A stretch of DNA of 63,819 nt, filler included. It is 10 parts of 10 records of this genome, joined end to end, with 100 filler letters (N's around TTAATTAATTAA, not from the genome) between each part and the next. Parts side by side here need not be neighbours in the genome. Positions count along the whole stretch, not along the records: positions 19,360 to 24,757 come from SRR31147125_77805; positions 24,858 to 30,665 come from SRR31147125_77849; positions 30,766 to 35,938 come from SRR31147125_78066; 7 more parts are not named here. One strand, given 5' to 3'. Under the pieces are notes generated by a model, which was given only the letters and a program-made list of their open reading frames with translations, ran no database searches and had not been told where the DNA came from. Of this stretch, positions 20,066-31,358 are shown one piece after another. Numbering within the stretch: the first letter of the stretch is position 1; each line of letters starts with the position of its first letter. The position numbers were made by a program, and so were the translations under genes.

Positions 20066-20193
20066 AATTTATATTTGATGTTGTCTTCCTTTGTCAACCA
20101 TAAAAGTTAAGTGGTTTACTATAACATGCATAGTTGGTTGTTGATTTAGTTATATGAATAAAACCATACTGCTCAACAAGTAATAATCTTAAG

Positions 20194-20222
20194 TTGACTA
20201 AACTAGTTAAGAATGGTAAAGC
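20194..20222 (+). promoter_or_regulatory. sigma70-like promoter overlapped by a 7-3-7 palindrome (Rrf2/IscR-like operator candidate)
   Basis: TTGACTA-AAC-TAGTTAA; TTGACT-17 nt-TAAAGC upstream of the DUF2318 gene. Confidence 0.4.
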
Positions 20223-20255
20223 TGGACATAACATATATTTTAAAAGAGGTGAGTT

Positions 20256-20770
20256 ATGTCCAATCGTGAGGATAAAAGATCACAGTTTCAACAGCATTCA
20301 AAAAAGAAAATATGGCTTAAATCCCTTATTTTCAGCGTAATCACCGTCAGTGCAGTTGTTGGTGCCTATCTGACTTTTACCCCGCAGGCAACTATCGATG
20401 GAAACAAGCAGGTTGTTGTCAATGACGGTGTGGTACGTATCCCTGTGAATCAAATCGACGATGGCGCTGCTCATTACTATTCGTATTCTGGCGATCAGGG
20501 TGAAGTGAAGTTTTTATACTAAAAAGCAGTGATGGTGTTTTCCGTGCTGCGTTTGATGCCTGTGATGTTTGTTATCGGGCGAAGCAAGGCTATCGCCAGG
20601 AAGGCGATAAAATGGTTTGTAATAATTGTAATATGATCTTTGCATCAACGCGTATCAATGAGGTGAAAGGTGGTTGTAACCCTGCACCTTTGAAACGCTC
20701 AATCCAGGGCGATGAGCTGATTATTGAAGTCAAAAATATTGAGGCTGGCTCCTGGTACTTTCAGGGCTGA
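20256..20770 (+). CDS. DUF2318 membrane-anchored Fe-S protein (FtrD-like), frameshift near 20513
   Basis: The N-terminal TM ORF continues after the T-run as ILKSSDGVFRAAFDACDVCYRAKQGYRQEGDKMVCNNC...GGCNPAPL...WYFQG*. Confidence 0.85.
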
Positions 20771-20781
20771 TTGAATCTGAT

Positions 20782-21939
20782 ATGCGGCTGAGTTCGATAG
20801 CTCTTCATAACCTCGCGCGACGAAAGGTGCGCGCGGTGTTCCTTCTAGTTGGCTTAAGCATTGCCGTGGCAACTATCGTGACCTTGATGTCTTTAAGTCA
20901 GTCGATGACTACGCATGCTCAACAGAAGATGGAGCATTTTGGAGCCAACATTCTGATAACACCTAAAACTGAGCACCTGTCCCTGTCGTATGGTGGGATC
21001 ACACTCGGCAATGTTTCAGTTGACCCTGTTGATCTGGAGGAATCACGTCTGGATCGAATTTCAACGATTCATAATTTCAATAACATAGCTGCCGTTGCTC
21101 CGAAAGTTCTTGGTGCCGTCACGATTGAGGGGCAACGTGCCCTGCTGATGGGCGTTGATCCGAATGTTGAATTTCGCCTTAAACAATGGTGGACGATCCT
21201 TGGCGGGCCAATCACTTCTGAGGATGAGATTATTCTTGGGAGTGCTGTGGCTCAAAGGTTGAATTTGACCATGGGAACCCCGACCATGATAGGCAATCGC
21301 GAATTTCATGTCAGTGGGATTCTTAAAGAGACCGGGTCTCAGGATGATCATCTTGTGATTGCTGATCTGAGTGCCAGTCAGGTTCTTCTTGATAAACCAG
21401 GACTTGTTTCTTTAGTTGAAGTCGCCGCTTTATGTCACGACTGTCCTGTCAGCGACATGGTTAATCAGCTCAGTTCCGTTTTGCCAGAGGCCGATGTGAA
21501 CGCAATCCAGCAGGTCGTTAAGAGCCGCATGCAGGCTCTCGATCAATTCCGAGCCTTCTCTTTTGGTATTGCCGCTGTCGTGACTTTAATCGGTGCACTG
21601 GTTGTTTTCGTGACAGTGATGGGGGCTGTCAATGAACGAACTCGTGAGATTGGTATTTTTCGAGCCCTTGGTTTCCGTAGCGGTCACATTATTCGCCTGA
21701 TCCTGACGGAGTCGGGCGTTGTCAGCCTTTTTGCCGGTCTGCTCGGGTTTGTCGCTGGAATGGGATCCACGCACCTGGCACTCCCTTTTATGGGAGATGG
21801 AAAGGCCCTGGCTGTCTGGGATCCATCCCTTGCGGGACTGGCTCTCGTCTTGTCTGTTGGAGTTGGCTTGTTGGCCAGCCTCTATCCGGCTCTTCACGCA
21901 AGCCGCATGGATCCAACAGTCGCGTTACGTTCACTATGA
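20782..21939 (+). CDS. MacB/FtsX-family ABC permease
   Basis: NLARRKVR N-terminus, periplasmic domain with CHDC, VNERTREIGIFRALG, ASRMDPTVALR. Confidence 0.92.
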   Translation: MRLSSIALHNLARRKVRAVFLLVGLSIAVATIVTLMSLSQSMTTHAQQKMEHFGANILITPKTEHLSLSYGGITLGNVSVDPVDLEESRLDRISTIHNFNNIAAVAPKVLGAVTIEGQRALLMGVDPNVEFRLKQWWTILGGPITSEDEIILGSAVAQRLNLTMGTPTMIGNREFHVSGILKETGSQDDHLVIADLSASQVLLDKPGLVSLVEVAALCHDCPVSDMVNQLSSVLPEADVNAIQQVVKSRMQALDQFRAFSFGIAAVVTLIGALVVFVTVMGAVNERTREIGIFRALGFRSGHIIRLILTESGVVSLFAGLLGFVAGMGSTHLALPFMGDGKALAVWDPSLAGLALVLSVGVGLLASLYPALHASRMDPTVALRSL

Positions 21940-21951
21940 GAATGAAGACGA

Positions 21952-22619
21952 ATGGCGTTTATAGAAATTGATCATCTCAGCATGACGTTTCAGAGTCATG
22001 ACAGCGCAGTGAATGCTTTGCAGGAAGTCTCTCTTTCTTTGGACGAGGCGGGATTTTACGGTATCCTCGGCCCATCCGGAAGCGGGAAAAGCACGCTTTT
22101 GGCTATTCTTGGAGGTCTCAGCACGCCAACGTCGGGAACGGTTCTGATTGATGAAATTGACCTGTATTCGCTTCCTGGAGAAAAATTGGCAGACTTCCGT
22201 CGAGAGTACCTTGGTTTTGTCTTCCAGTCATTTAATCTTATCCCTTATCTTTCCGCCCTGGAAAATGTTCTCTTGCCGTTGACTGTAAAGCCGCTGCCAA
22301 CTGACCGGAAAAGGGAACTGGCACGCCGGGCTCTGGAGCGCGTTGGTTTGTCTGCGCGTGCGACTCATCTCCCCGGACAACTGTCGGGAGGCGAGCAAGA
22401 ACGTGTCGCGATTCGCCGCGCCCTGGTCAATAACCCACCCTGATTCTCGCTGATGAACCAACTGGAAGTCTGGATAGCGATACGGCTCAAAATGTCATGC
22501 GTTTATTGAAGGAGCTCCATGAAGACGGGCAGACGATTGTGATGGTGACACACAACCCTGAGAATCGTGATTATTTCAGTCATTCGATCCTGCTGCGGGA
22601 CGGTGTGGTAAGCCACTGA
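21952..22619 (+). CDS. LolD/MacB-type ABC ATP-binding protein, frameshift near 22440
   Basis: [27 protein letters not shown]; the shifted frame gives [11 protein letters not shown]...VMVTH...*. Confidence 0.9.
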
Positions 22620-23300
22620 CTTCAGAAGTGAACGAGACGTTTCTGCAATTCTTTTTCTGTTTTCTCTAAACAGTGTGGTAGATCCCGTGACTGAACTCCG
22701 CGTCTGAATACCTCACAGGTGTATTTCTCCAGCTGATCCCAGTGTCCCTGATTGTTGACGATCTATTTGCAGTACGAACAGATCTGGATGGTCCCTTTGA
22801 GTGTTTTGATTTCATTCAGGGCATGCTGTCGTGCTGCGTTGTTTTTTCCCAGGTCTGATTTTTGTTCGCTGATATCTGTGATCAGTACATCAACAGTCTA
22901 ACGATAGTAATTTATTGTCAAGCTGGCAATAATGAAGAAGAACAGACCGTATAAGATGTAAACAAGCCAGTGCCTTGAACTCGTCAACAAGGTGCTTGCT
23001 GAAGCACGATTTGAAAAAGAGTGTAATCAGAACGCCTGCAACCACCAGAAAGAACACGCCGCCGGCAAGCCCCCCTATGAGATCAGACCAGCATCACCCG
23101 AAATATCATTGATGCCTATCAGAATAATCACTTTACTTCGAGCCGAAATTTGTTGACGGTAAAGACAAGCCAGTATCAGGGGGAGAGTTGTGAGACTATG
23201 GAAATGGTCTCTTAATGCTCAACCCAGTTCCATGGATCGAAGCTGAGATTAGTGCCAGAACTGCCAAGCAGGTCATAATGACCAGCGCCTGATCAATTGC
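22620..23300 (-). pseudogene. decayed membrane sensor with C-terminal CxxCK...SHGI Cys/His motif
   Basis: Fragments ALNEIKTLKG, ICSYCK* (in-frame TAG), GHWDQLEKY and SDAEFSHGI are preceded by hydrophobic segments broken by stops and indels. Confidence 0.6.
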
Positions 23301-23342
23301 TGATTAATTCTATGCATTATTTACTTAGAGAGAGAATATCGT

Positions 23343-24110
23343 ATGAATGAATTTCAACAGGCGATTGTTCGTCACCCCTCGAAGGCCCTTGTTTACGGGA
23401 TCACTCAGGCAGGTTTGGGGGGTCCTGAGTATACAAAAGCGTTACAGCAGCATGAGCTGTATTGTGCAGCGTTAGAGCAATGCGGCTTAGCAGTTAAAAT
23501 TCTCGATGCAGCTGACGAATACCCTGATTCTGTCTTTGTCGAAGATGCGGCTGTTCTTGTGGCAAACGGTGCCATTCTGACGCGTCCGAGTGCACCGACC
23601 CGTCGTGGAGAGGTTGATCTTATCCGTCCTGTCCTTGAACAACTTTCACCCGATATCCATACGATTTCAGCGCCAGGGACACTCGATGGCGGAGATGTTT
23701 TGAGGGTTGGCTCTGATTTTTATATCGGCCTTTCAGAGCGAACCAACGAGGAGGGCGCCTGGCAACTGAAAATCATTCTAGAGCGTTATGGGTTGTCCGC
23801 TACGATTGTTCCGGTCGCAAGTGTTCTGCATCTGAAAACCGGGGTGACCGCTCTGGACGATAAGCGACTCCTTGCGCTTGAGGAATTTGTCGGGCTGGAC
23901 GTTTTTTCCAGGTATGAAGTTATCCGTGTTGATAGCGATGAAGCGCCGGCCGCCAATTGTCTGCGAATTAATGACACTGTGCTTTTACCGGCGGGTTGTC
24001 CGAAGACGTCAGGACAGGTTCGTACCCTGGGATATAATGTCGTAGAAGTCGATATTTCCGAGTATGCGAAGCTTGACGGTGGGTTGACGTGCCTGTCGTT
24101 GCGTTACTGA
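23343..24110 (+). CDS. dimethylarginine dimethylaminohydrolase (amidinotransferase superfamily)
   Basis: YPDSVFVED, RRGE, LDGGDVL, LHLKTG and the catalytic GGLTCLS. Confidence 0.92.
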   Translation: MNEFQQAIVRHPSKALVYGITQAGLGGPEYTKALQQHELYCAALEQCGLAVKILDAADEYPDSVFVEDAAVLVANGAILTRPSAPTRRGEVDLIRPVLEQLSPDIHTISAPGTLDGGDVLRVGSDFYIGLSERTNEEGAWQLKIILERYGLSATIVPVASVLHLKTGVTALDDKRLLALEEFVGLDVFSRYEVIRVDSDEAPAANCLRINDTVLLPAGCPKTSGQVRTLGYNVVEVDISEYAKLDGGLTCLSLRY

Positions 24111-24138
24111 TGACTGTTGTTGCTTGAAGCCTGTTAGC

Positions 24139-24164
24139 GGCGGGTACCCTGGGGGATACCCGCC
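24139..24164. terminator. stem-loop between convergent genes
   Basis: GGCGGGTA...TACCCGCC inverted repeat. Confidence 0.5.
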
Positions 24165-24172
24165 CATTGATA

Positions 24173-24757
24173 TTACTTTCCTTCGATCACTTCAGTGATC
24201 AGTCCAGCGGCCCATTCAATTTGCTCTTTTGAGATGATCAGTGGAGGCGCGAAGCGGATAATGTTGGTGTGGGTTTCCTTGCACAGCAGCCCCTTGGTTT
24301 TAAGCTGTTCGCAATACTGACGGGCGCCACCTGCGTCTTCAGTTAATTCAAGAGCAATCATCAGGCCACGGCCTCTGACTTCTTTAACCCGAGGGCTGTC
24401 GATCTGCTGCAGCTTTTTCAGCAACAGCGCTCCCATATCACGTGAATTCTCGACCATGTTTTCTTCTACCAGCGCTTTTAAAGCCGCTCTGGCGATCGCG
24501 CAGGCGAGGGGACTGCCACCGAACGTTGAGCCATGTTCTCCCGGTTGAAGGACATCCATGACTTCGCTGTTGGAGAGGACGGCAGAGACGGGGTAGAACC
24601 CTCCGGAAAGAGCTTTTCCAACCAGGGTCAGATCCGCTTCGATTCCTTCATGTTCTTCAGCGAGGAGGGCTCCGGTTCGCCCTAAACCTGTTTGGATTTC
24701 ATCCAAAATAAGAATCACGTTGTACTGATCGCACAGTTCTCTGGCTTTTTTCAGGTA
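24173..24757 (-). CDS. rocD: ornithine--oxo-acid aminotransferase, 5' partial
   Basis: [18 protein letters not shown] (PLP lysine), [25 protein letters not shown]. Confidence 0.9.
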   Translation of the reverse strand, partial: YLKKARELCDQYNVILILDEIQTGLGRTGALLAEEHEGIEADLTLVGKALSGGFYPVSAVLSNSEVMDVLQPGEHGSTFGGSPLACAIARAALKALVEENMVENSRDMGALLLKKLQQIDSPRVKEVRGRGLMIALELTEDAGGARQYCEQLKTKGLLCKETHTNIIRFAPPLIISKEQIEWAAGLITEVIEGK

Positions 24758-24999
24758 NNNNNNNNNNNNNNNNNNNNNNNNNNNNNNNNNNNNNNNNNNN
24801 NTTAATTAATTAANNNNNNNNNNNNNNNNNNNNNNNNNNNNNNNNNNNNNNNNNNNNAAATCCCCCTTGGCCAAGGGGGACTTTGGTTTTGTAATTATTA
24901 TAGTTATGTCATGCCGAAATAGATTTGATAATTATTAATTTTGTAAAACAGAGGGATCATTACCCTTTTATATTCACATTATTCAATCCGGAGAGCGTC

Positions 25000-27900
25000 A
25001 TGAAAATTTTATGGGGACAAGTAAAACCCGGGCTGGCACATAGATGGTCAGTCGTCACAGTGCAAACTTTGCTGGCAATATCAATTTTCTGTTTCACATA
25101 TTCCTTTACAGGATGCGGGCAAAAGAAAAAAGGGGGGATATAAGCTATACTGTTGAAACAGCTAAAATGGTCAGTCATGCTCCATCCGGATTGATATCAA
25201 AAGGGGATAAAATACAGATTCGTTTTGTTGCGCCGATGGTCAAGGAAAACCTGGTGGGTCAAAAATTACAAAAATCCGTATTTTCCTTTCAACCATCCAT
25301 AGACGGCATAACAACATGGGCAGATCCTCAAACTCTGATTTTTCAACCCAGTTCCTCTTTACCTTTACGCCAGGAATATGTCGGCACTTTGAACATGAGC
25401 GCTCTCTTTCCTCAACATAAAAAAGAAAAACTGGAAAACCTGGATTTTCAATTTGAAGTGGCTGGCATTGAAATCGAATCATTTAATGCTGATTTTGATC
25501 TGGCAAAAGAAAACGATCCGCATTATCTGGTGCTAAAAGGTGAATTAAAGTTTACAGAAACCGTCGATCTAAAAGCAGTAAAAAGGTCATCCTGGTTGCA
25601 GTTGAACTCTAAAAAACTGGATCTCATATGGCAAAGTGGGGAGAACGGTAAATCATTTAACTTTACCAGCAGTTCCATTTATCGTGATAAATCCGAAAAA
25701 AAGATCATTTTTAAAATAAAAAAGAACGTTGCTGACATCTCTTCAGATTTTGAAAAGGAATTTATACTGGCTCCGTTTGAAGAAATGCGGGTGGTAGAAG
25801 TCATCCGCTTACAGGACGGGACCCGGCCGCAATTACAAATTCATTTTACAGACGAGCTTGACAGGCAACAGGACGTGACCGGTCTTTTTTCAACAGAACC
25901 GGCTCTGGAGCTGAAACATGACATTATTGGAAAAACACTTGTCATTGATGGTCCATTCAACCACGGTGAAAACTATACTTTAAATGTACAACCCGGAATT
26001 CGCAGTCGTTGGGGTACTAAAACAGAAACGCGTTTTTCCCAGGATGTTCATTTTGAGGATTTTAAACCGCAAATTCGCTTTGCCAACGATGGTGTCTTTT
26101 TAACAACAAATAATCAACATAAAGTAAATTTTATGACCCTGAACCTCAGCCGGGTTCAAATACAAGTCAAAAAAGTGTTTGAATCCAATGTGGGCCAGTT
26201 TTTACAGACAGAACGACTGGACAGCAAAAGGGATCGGAGAGAACGGTTTGTCGACAGTTATGTCAATCGGGTCGGTATAAATATTGTTACCGATACACTG
26301 GACATTGGCGGAGCTCGAAATAAATGGCTGCAACATGAGCTGGATTTAAAAAATATCATCAAGCCGGGAGAAAAAGGTTTATTTTTGCTCAGTCTGAGTT
26401 TTGAGCGTGATGACATGCTTTACGGTTCGGAAGAGGAACGGGAAAACTGGTCCCAAAGACCGATAAGATATGGACGGGATTACTATTCGCATCCCTTTTC
26501 ACCCGGTTACCTATACCGGCATGGTCGTGTTTATAAACCCATTATTTTAAGCGATATTGGACTGACATGGAAAAAAGCGTATCACCAACACACCATTTTC
26601 GCCACAGATATTATCCGTGCGGAACCCATGAGCGGCGTCAAAGTCACTCTTTTGACTTTTCAAAATCAGATTATTGCGCAAAAAGAAACAAATAGTGAGG
26701 GACGGGTTGAGTTTCAGGATATAGATCAGGATGTTTTTTACATTAAAGGAGAAAAAGGTGATCAAAAGAGTGTCATAAAAGCAAATGAGATGGAGTGGAA
26801 CCTGTCGACTTTTGACACAGGAGGGGAGAAAGAAAAAGTCGGTGGTATAAAGGCTTTTATCTACACAGAGCGTGGCGTTTACAGACCAGGTGATGAAATA
26901 AATATTTCCATAATCACCCGCAATGAAGAGAATACTTTTCCAAAGAACCACCCGGTGACCGTAAAAATTTTAAATCCCCGTAACCAGATGGTTCAAAATC
27001 AAACGCTGTCAAAAAGTGTGGACGGCTTTTATCATTTAAAATTCGAAACCCAAATAGATGATCCAACAGGCAATTGGAGAGTCCAGGTACTGGCAGGCAG
27101 CCAGACGTTTGACCATACATTAAAGATTGAGACGATTGTCCCATATAGATTAAAAGTAAAAATCGAGCCGGAAAAAGAGAAACTTTTATGGCAGGATCGC
27201 CTTTTAAAACTGGATCTGACGAGTACCTATCTGTTTGGAAATCCGGCGTCAGGTCTGGAAGCGTATGTGGATGTAAATCTGCAAAACGATATAAAAACTT
27301 TTCCGGCCTATAAGACATTTACTTTTAGCAATGAATTTACTGATTTCAAACCCGTTCAAACGAACATTTTTCGCGGTAAACTGGATGCAAATGGGAAAAC
27401 TGAGATCTTTTGGGCATTACCTCTCATGGAAAAAGCACCTTCCGGGCTCAAGGCTCTATTAACGGCAAAAGTGCTGGAAAAGGGTGGACGTCCCAACCAG
27501 ACCCGTATGGCTGTGCCAATAGATCCTTTTCCCTGTTATGTCGGGCTGAAAAGACCGCAATTTAAATATAATTACGCCCAGGTAGGCACATCGCTGGATA
27601 TCCCGGTTATTGTTGTGGATCCACAGGGAAAACCAAAAGCGGGCAGGACGCTAACCTATAAAATACACAAAAATTCACATTACTGGTGGTGGGAATATGA
27701 AAATCGAAATGAATTTCGACTGCGATTTAAAAGTGATCGAAACACCACCCTGGTCAAAGAGGGCACACTTTTATCGCAAAACAGTCCGGTAAATCTGGCT
27801 TTTTCCCCGCAAGACAGGGGAGAATACCTGGTGGAAGTGCAGGATGAGGCAAACAAAGGGCATTCCGCTGCTTTTTTCCTCAGTGCCTATCCCTGGGGTG

Positions 27901-30590
27901 GAGGTCCTGGAGGTGGGCAGGAGGCCAGCACGCTGACTTTGAGGACGGATAAAGAAACGTATTTACCAGGTGATGTGGCAGAGATTAACTTTCCTGCTCC
28001 CAAAGAGGGAGTAATACTATTTTCCATGGAAAAAGGCCAACATCTTTTGTTTTCCAAATTTTACCGACCCGAATCAAAAGATACGGAAATGACATTAAAG
28101 GTACCTGTAACAAAAGAAATGGTGCCCACGTGTTACGCGACAGTCTCGGTTATACAACCTCATGATCAAACCCTGAATGACAGGCCAATACGTTTGTATG
28201 GTGTTATACCGATTAATGTGGATGATCCGTCCACGTGTCAGGAGCTGAAAATAACAATGCCGGACGAGCTGCAATCGGACAGTCCGTTCAAAGTAGAACT
28301 AGCCACCACAGATAAAAAGCCAACACAATTCACTATTGCTGTTGTGGATGAAGGGCTTTTAGATCTGACCCGATTTAAAACGCCGGATCCATGGCATGCT
28401 TTTTACAAAAAACTGTTTCTGGGAGTTAAAACATTCGATCTATTCTCCTATGTCATTGGTGCCAATAAGGGAGATATTTTCAAGACGTTTTCCATTGGTG
28501 GCGGAATGGAGCTTTATCGCGATTCCCAGCTTGAACCGGATCACAAAAAAAGGTTCAAACCGGTATCCATGTTTAAAGGTCCATTGCAAACAGATTCCAA
28601 TGGTTTTGCTAAAATCGAGTTTGATATGCCAAATTACATTGGATCGGTGCGGGTCATGGCGGTAGCGGCAAAAGGAAACAGATATTCCCATGCTGAAAAA
28701 ACGGTACCGGTTAAAACAGACCTAATTGTTTTACCAACCCTTCCGCGTGTTTTAGGACCAGAGGATAAAATTAGCGTACCAGTTACCATTTTTGCCATGA
28801 AGGAAAATATAGGTGAGGTGGAAGTGACCTTGACTACGGATGGTCCGCTTGGCACAACAGGTACAGGTAAAGAACTAATAAGCTTTACCGATATTGGTGA
28901 AAAAGATATACTCTTTGAACTGACAACCGACGCAGCCATTGGAACGGGAAAAATTACGATCACAGCCGCATCGAGGAACAGTTCCAGTAGCTATGAAACA
29001 AACATTGATATTCGTCCATCTTCACCACGAATATACGAATCCCAGGTAAAGGAGATTCAACCTGGAGACAACATCAGCTTTACTATTCCAGATAGAGGCA
29101 TAAAAGGCTCTAATCACGCCCGGTTGAGTGTGCAACGGCGGCCGCACCTGGATTTTACGCACCGCTTGATGTGGCTTATACGTTATCCCTATGGATGTAT
29201 TGAACAAACGGTTTCAGCTGTATTTCCACAACTCTATTTAAAGGGTTTACTTAAAGGATCCGATGAAAAAGGATATACAAATAAAGAGATCGATGAAAAT
29301 ATTAACGCAGGCATACGCCAGTTCAGACGTTTTCAATTACCTTCCGGTTCCTTTTCTTATTGGCCGGGCGGAGGTCAGCCCTCTGTATGGGGCAGCAGCT
29401 ACGCGGGTCATTTTTTAATAGAAGCCCAAAATTTAGGCTACCATGTTCCTCAGGATCTTTTATCAAAATGGCTCCGCTATGAAAAATCGCAGGCTCTGAC
29501 AACAAAAGACAACCTGATGGAACGGATTTATCGGGTCTATTTATTATCCCTGGCAGGAGAGCCTCAGACAGGGGCCATGAATTTGCTCAAGGAAAACAGC
29601 CTGAAAGATATGAACGACACGCAAAAATGGATGCTTGCGGCATCTTACCAATTAGCAGGCGTGAATCGTACTGCCTCGAGTCTTTTGCGCAATATTGGTC
29701 AAAAGGTGACGGACTATAATGAATTTGGCGGCACCTATGGCTCCGGTATGCGGGACAAAGCCATCATTCTGGACATGTCGGTTTTGTTTGAACGTCTGGA
29801 AAACGCCAAAACCTTAACAGATGAATTGGCACAGGTTCTATCCTCCCGCGACTGGTACTCCACGCAAACAACCGGGTATATGCTACTGGCTATTGGCAAA
29901 TATATTAAAGCAATAGAGGGAGACCAGGATTCACCGCTTCTCAGTGGCAGCATTCTTTTTCCAGGCGGAGAAAAAAGAACCTTTTCGACAAAAGAGGTAA
30001 GCTTTCATCAGGACATAGAGAGCGGTTTTGGCGAATCAATAGAGGTGGAACTGGATAACAAGTCAACAGTAAATCGGGCTTATATTACTTTAGCGTGGGA
30101 AGGAATACCGCTTAAAAGCGATGTAACAGATGAATCAAAAAATTTATCACTCTCTGTAAACTGGCTGGATGAGGATGGTATGCCCACAGATCCGTCACTC
30201 CTGACTCAGGGAACCACTTTTTGGGGCCATTTCCAGGTCAGCAAGCCTGGCTTTAACCAACGAATTGACGAAGTAGCTTTAACACAGGTTTTGCCGGCAG
30301 GCTGGGAAATCGAGAATATCCGCCTGTCACAGGAAAAGATGCCACCCTGGATGTCAAAATGGCATCTAAATCGGCAGGAGTATCTCGATATTCGTGATGA
30401 CCGCATCATGTGGTTTTTCGATCTTCCCAGACGTTATCGGGATAAAGACCAGACTCTTGATTTTGTGGTCAAGCTTAATGCCGTTACAGTCGGTGAATTC
30501 TTTTTACCGGCAACGTTATTGGAAGCGATGTATAATAATAATTTCAAGGCGACAAAAGCGGGTAAAAAGATTGTTGTTAAAGCCAGATGA
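25000..30590 (+). CDS. bacterial alpha-2-macroglobulin lipoprotein; frameshift near 25130 separates the signal peptide
   Basis: SDIGL, YTERGVYRPG, AVVDEGLL and the thioester motif YPYGCIEQ. The leader MKILW...FTGC lies in another frame and joins at the A/G run. Confidence 0.93.
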
Positions 30591-30765
30591 TATGATTAAA
30601 CAAAATTTTACGCTTGAACGGTTTACTCGGTAAATTTATAGAAATATTGTGAGCCAAACACCCCCNNNNNNNNNNNNNNNNNNNNNNNNNNNNNNNNNNN
30701 NNNNNNNNNTTAATTAATTAANNNNNNNNNNNNNNNNNNNNNNNNNNNNNNNNNNNNNNNNNNNN

Positions 30766-31227
30766 ATAGTCGTTTAAAAATAATTTGCCGATGTGTGCAC
30801 CGCTGCCTTCGTCGCCAAGAATAAAACCCAGCGTTGGAACTTTGTCAACAATTTTGGCTCCGTTGTAATGGCACGAATTTGCTCCTGTTCCTAAAATACA
30901 TGCAATTCCTTCCTTGTTTCCAAGCACTGCCCGGGCAGCTCCCAGCATGTCGTCTTCAACAAAAATTTCAGCATTCGGAAACATCAGCTTTAGTGCATTG
31001 GCTACAACCACATCCGATTTGCCTTTAATACATCCTGCTCCATAAAAAAACACTTTGTTGGTTTTGCTTTTTAAGCTGTCATACAACAATGTATTTTGTT
31101 TGGTCAGTATCTCTTCCGTATTCTGAAAAAAAGGATTAATGCCCGGCGTCTGAATATTAGTTTCCTGTTGATCTTCAATAAATAACCAATCAGTTTTCGA
31201 TGAACCGCTGTCTGCAATTACTATCAT
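30766..31227 (-). CDS. BadF/BcrA-type N-acetylglucosamine/N-acetylmuramic acid kinase, 3' partial
   Basis: IADSGSSKTDW, FFYGAGC, DMLGAARA, ILGTGAN, GFILGDEGSGA. Confidence 0.88.
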
Positions 31228-31272
31228 TTACGTAATAATTTCTGTTAAATTAGTAGTTGAATTCAGTTGCCA

Positions 31273-31332
31273 CAAATGTACAACTTTTTTTATTATTTGT
31301 AATATGTAATACAAATTTTACTTTTATATTTG
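31273..31332. promoter_or_regulatory. divergent Bacteroidota promoters with a central palindrome
   Basis: TAnnTTTG -7 boxes on both strands (TATATTTG 31325-31332; TACATTTG on the minus strand 31280-31273); imperfect palindrome ATTTGTAATATGTAATACAAAT 31295-31316. Confidence 0.6.
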
Positions 31333-31358
31333 TTTCGTAATTTTTACGTGTTTTCAGA

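Noticed and set aside
30592-30665. Start of pbpC after alpha-2-macroglobulin
   Set aside because: Expected from context, but the frame stops after 13 codons and the contig ends.
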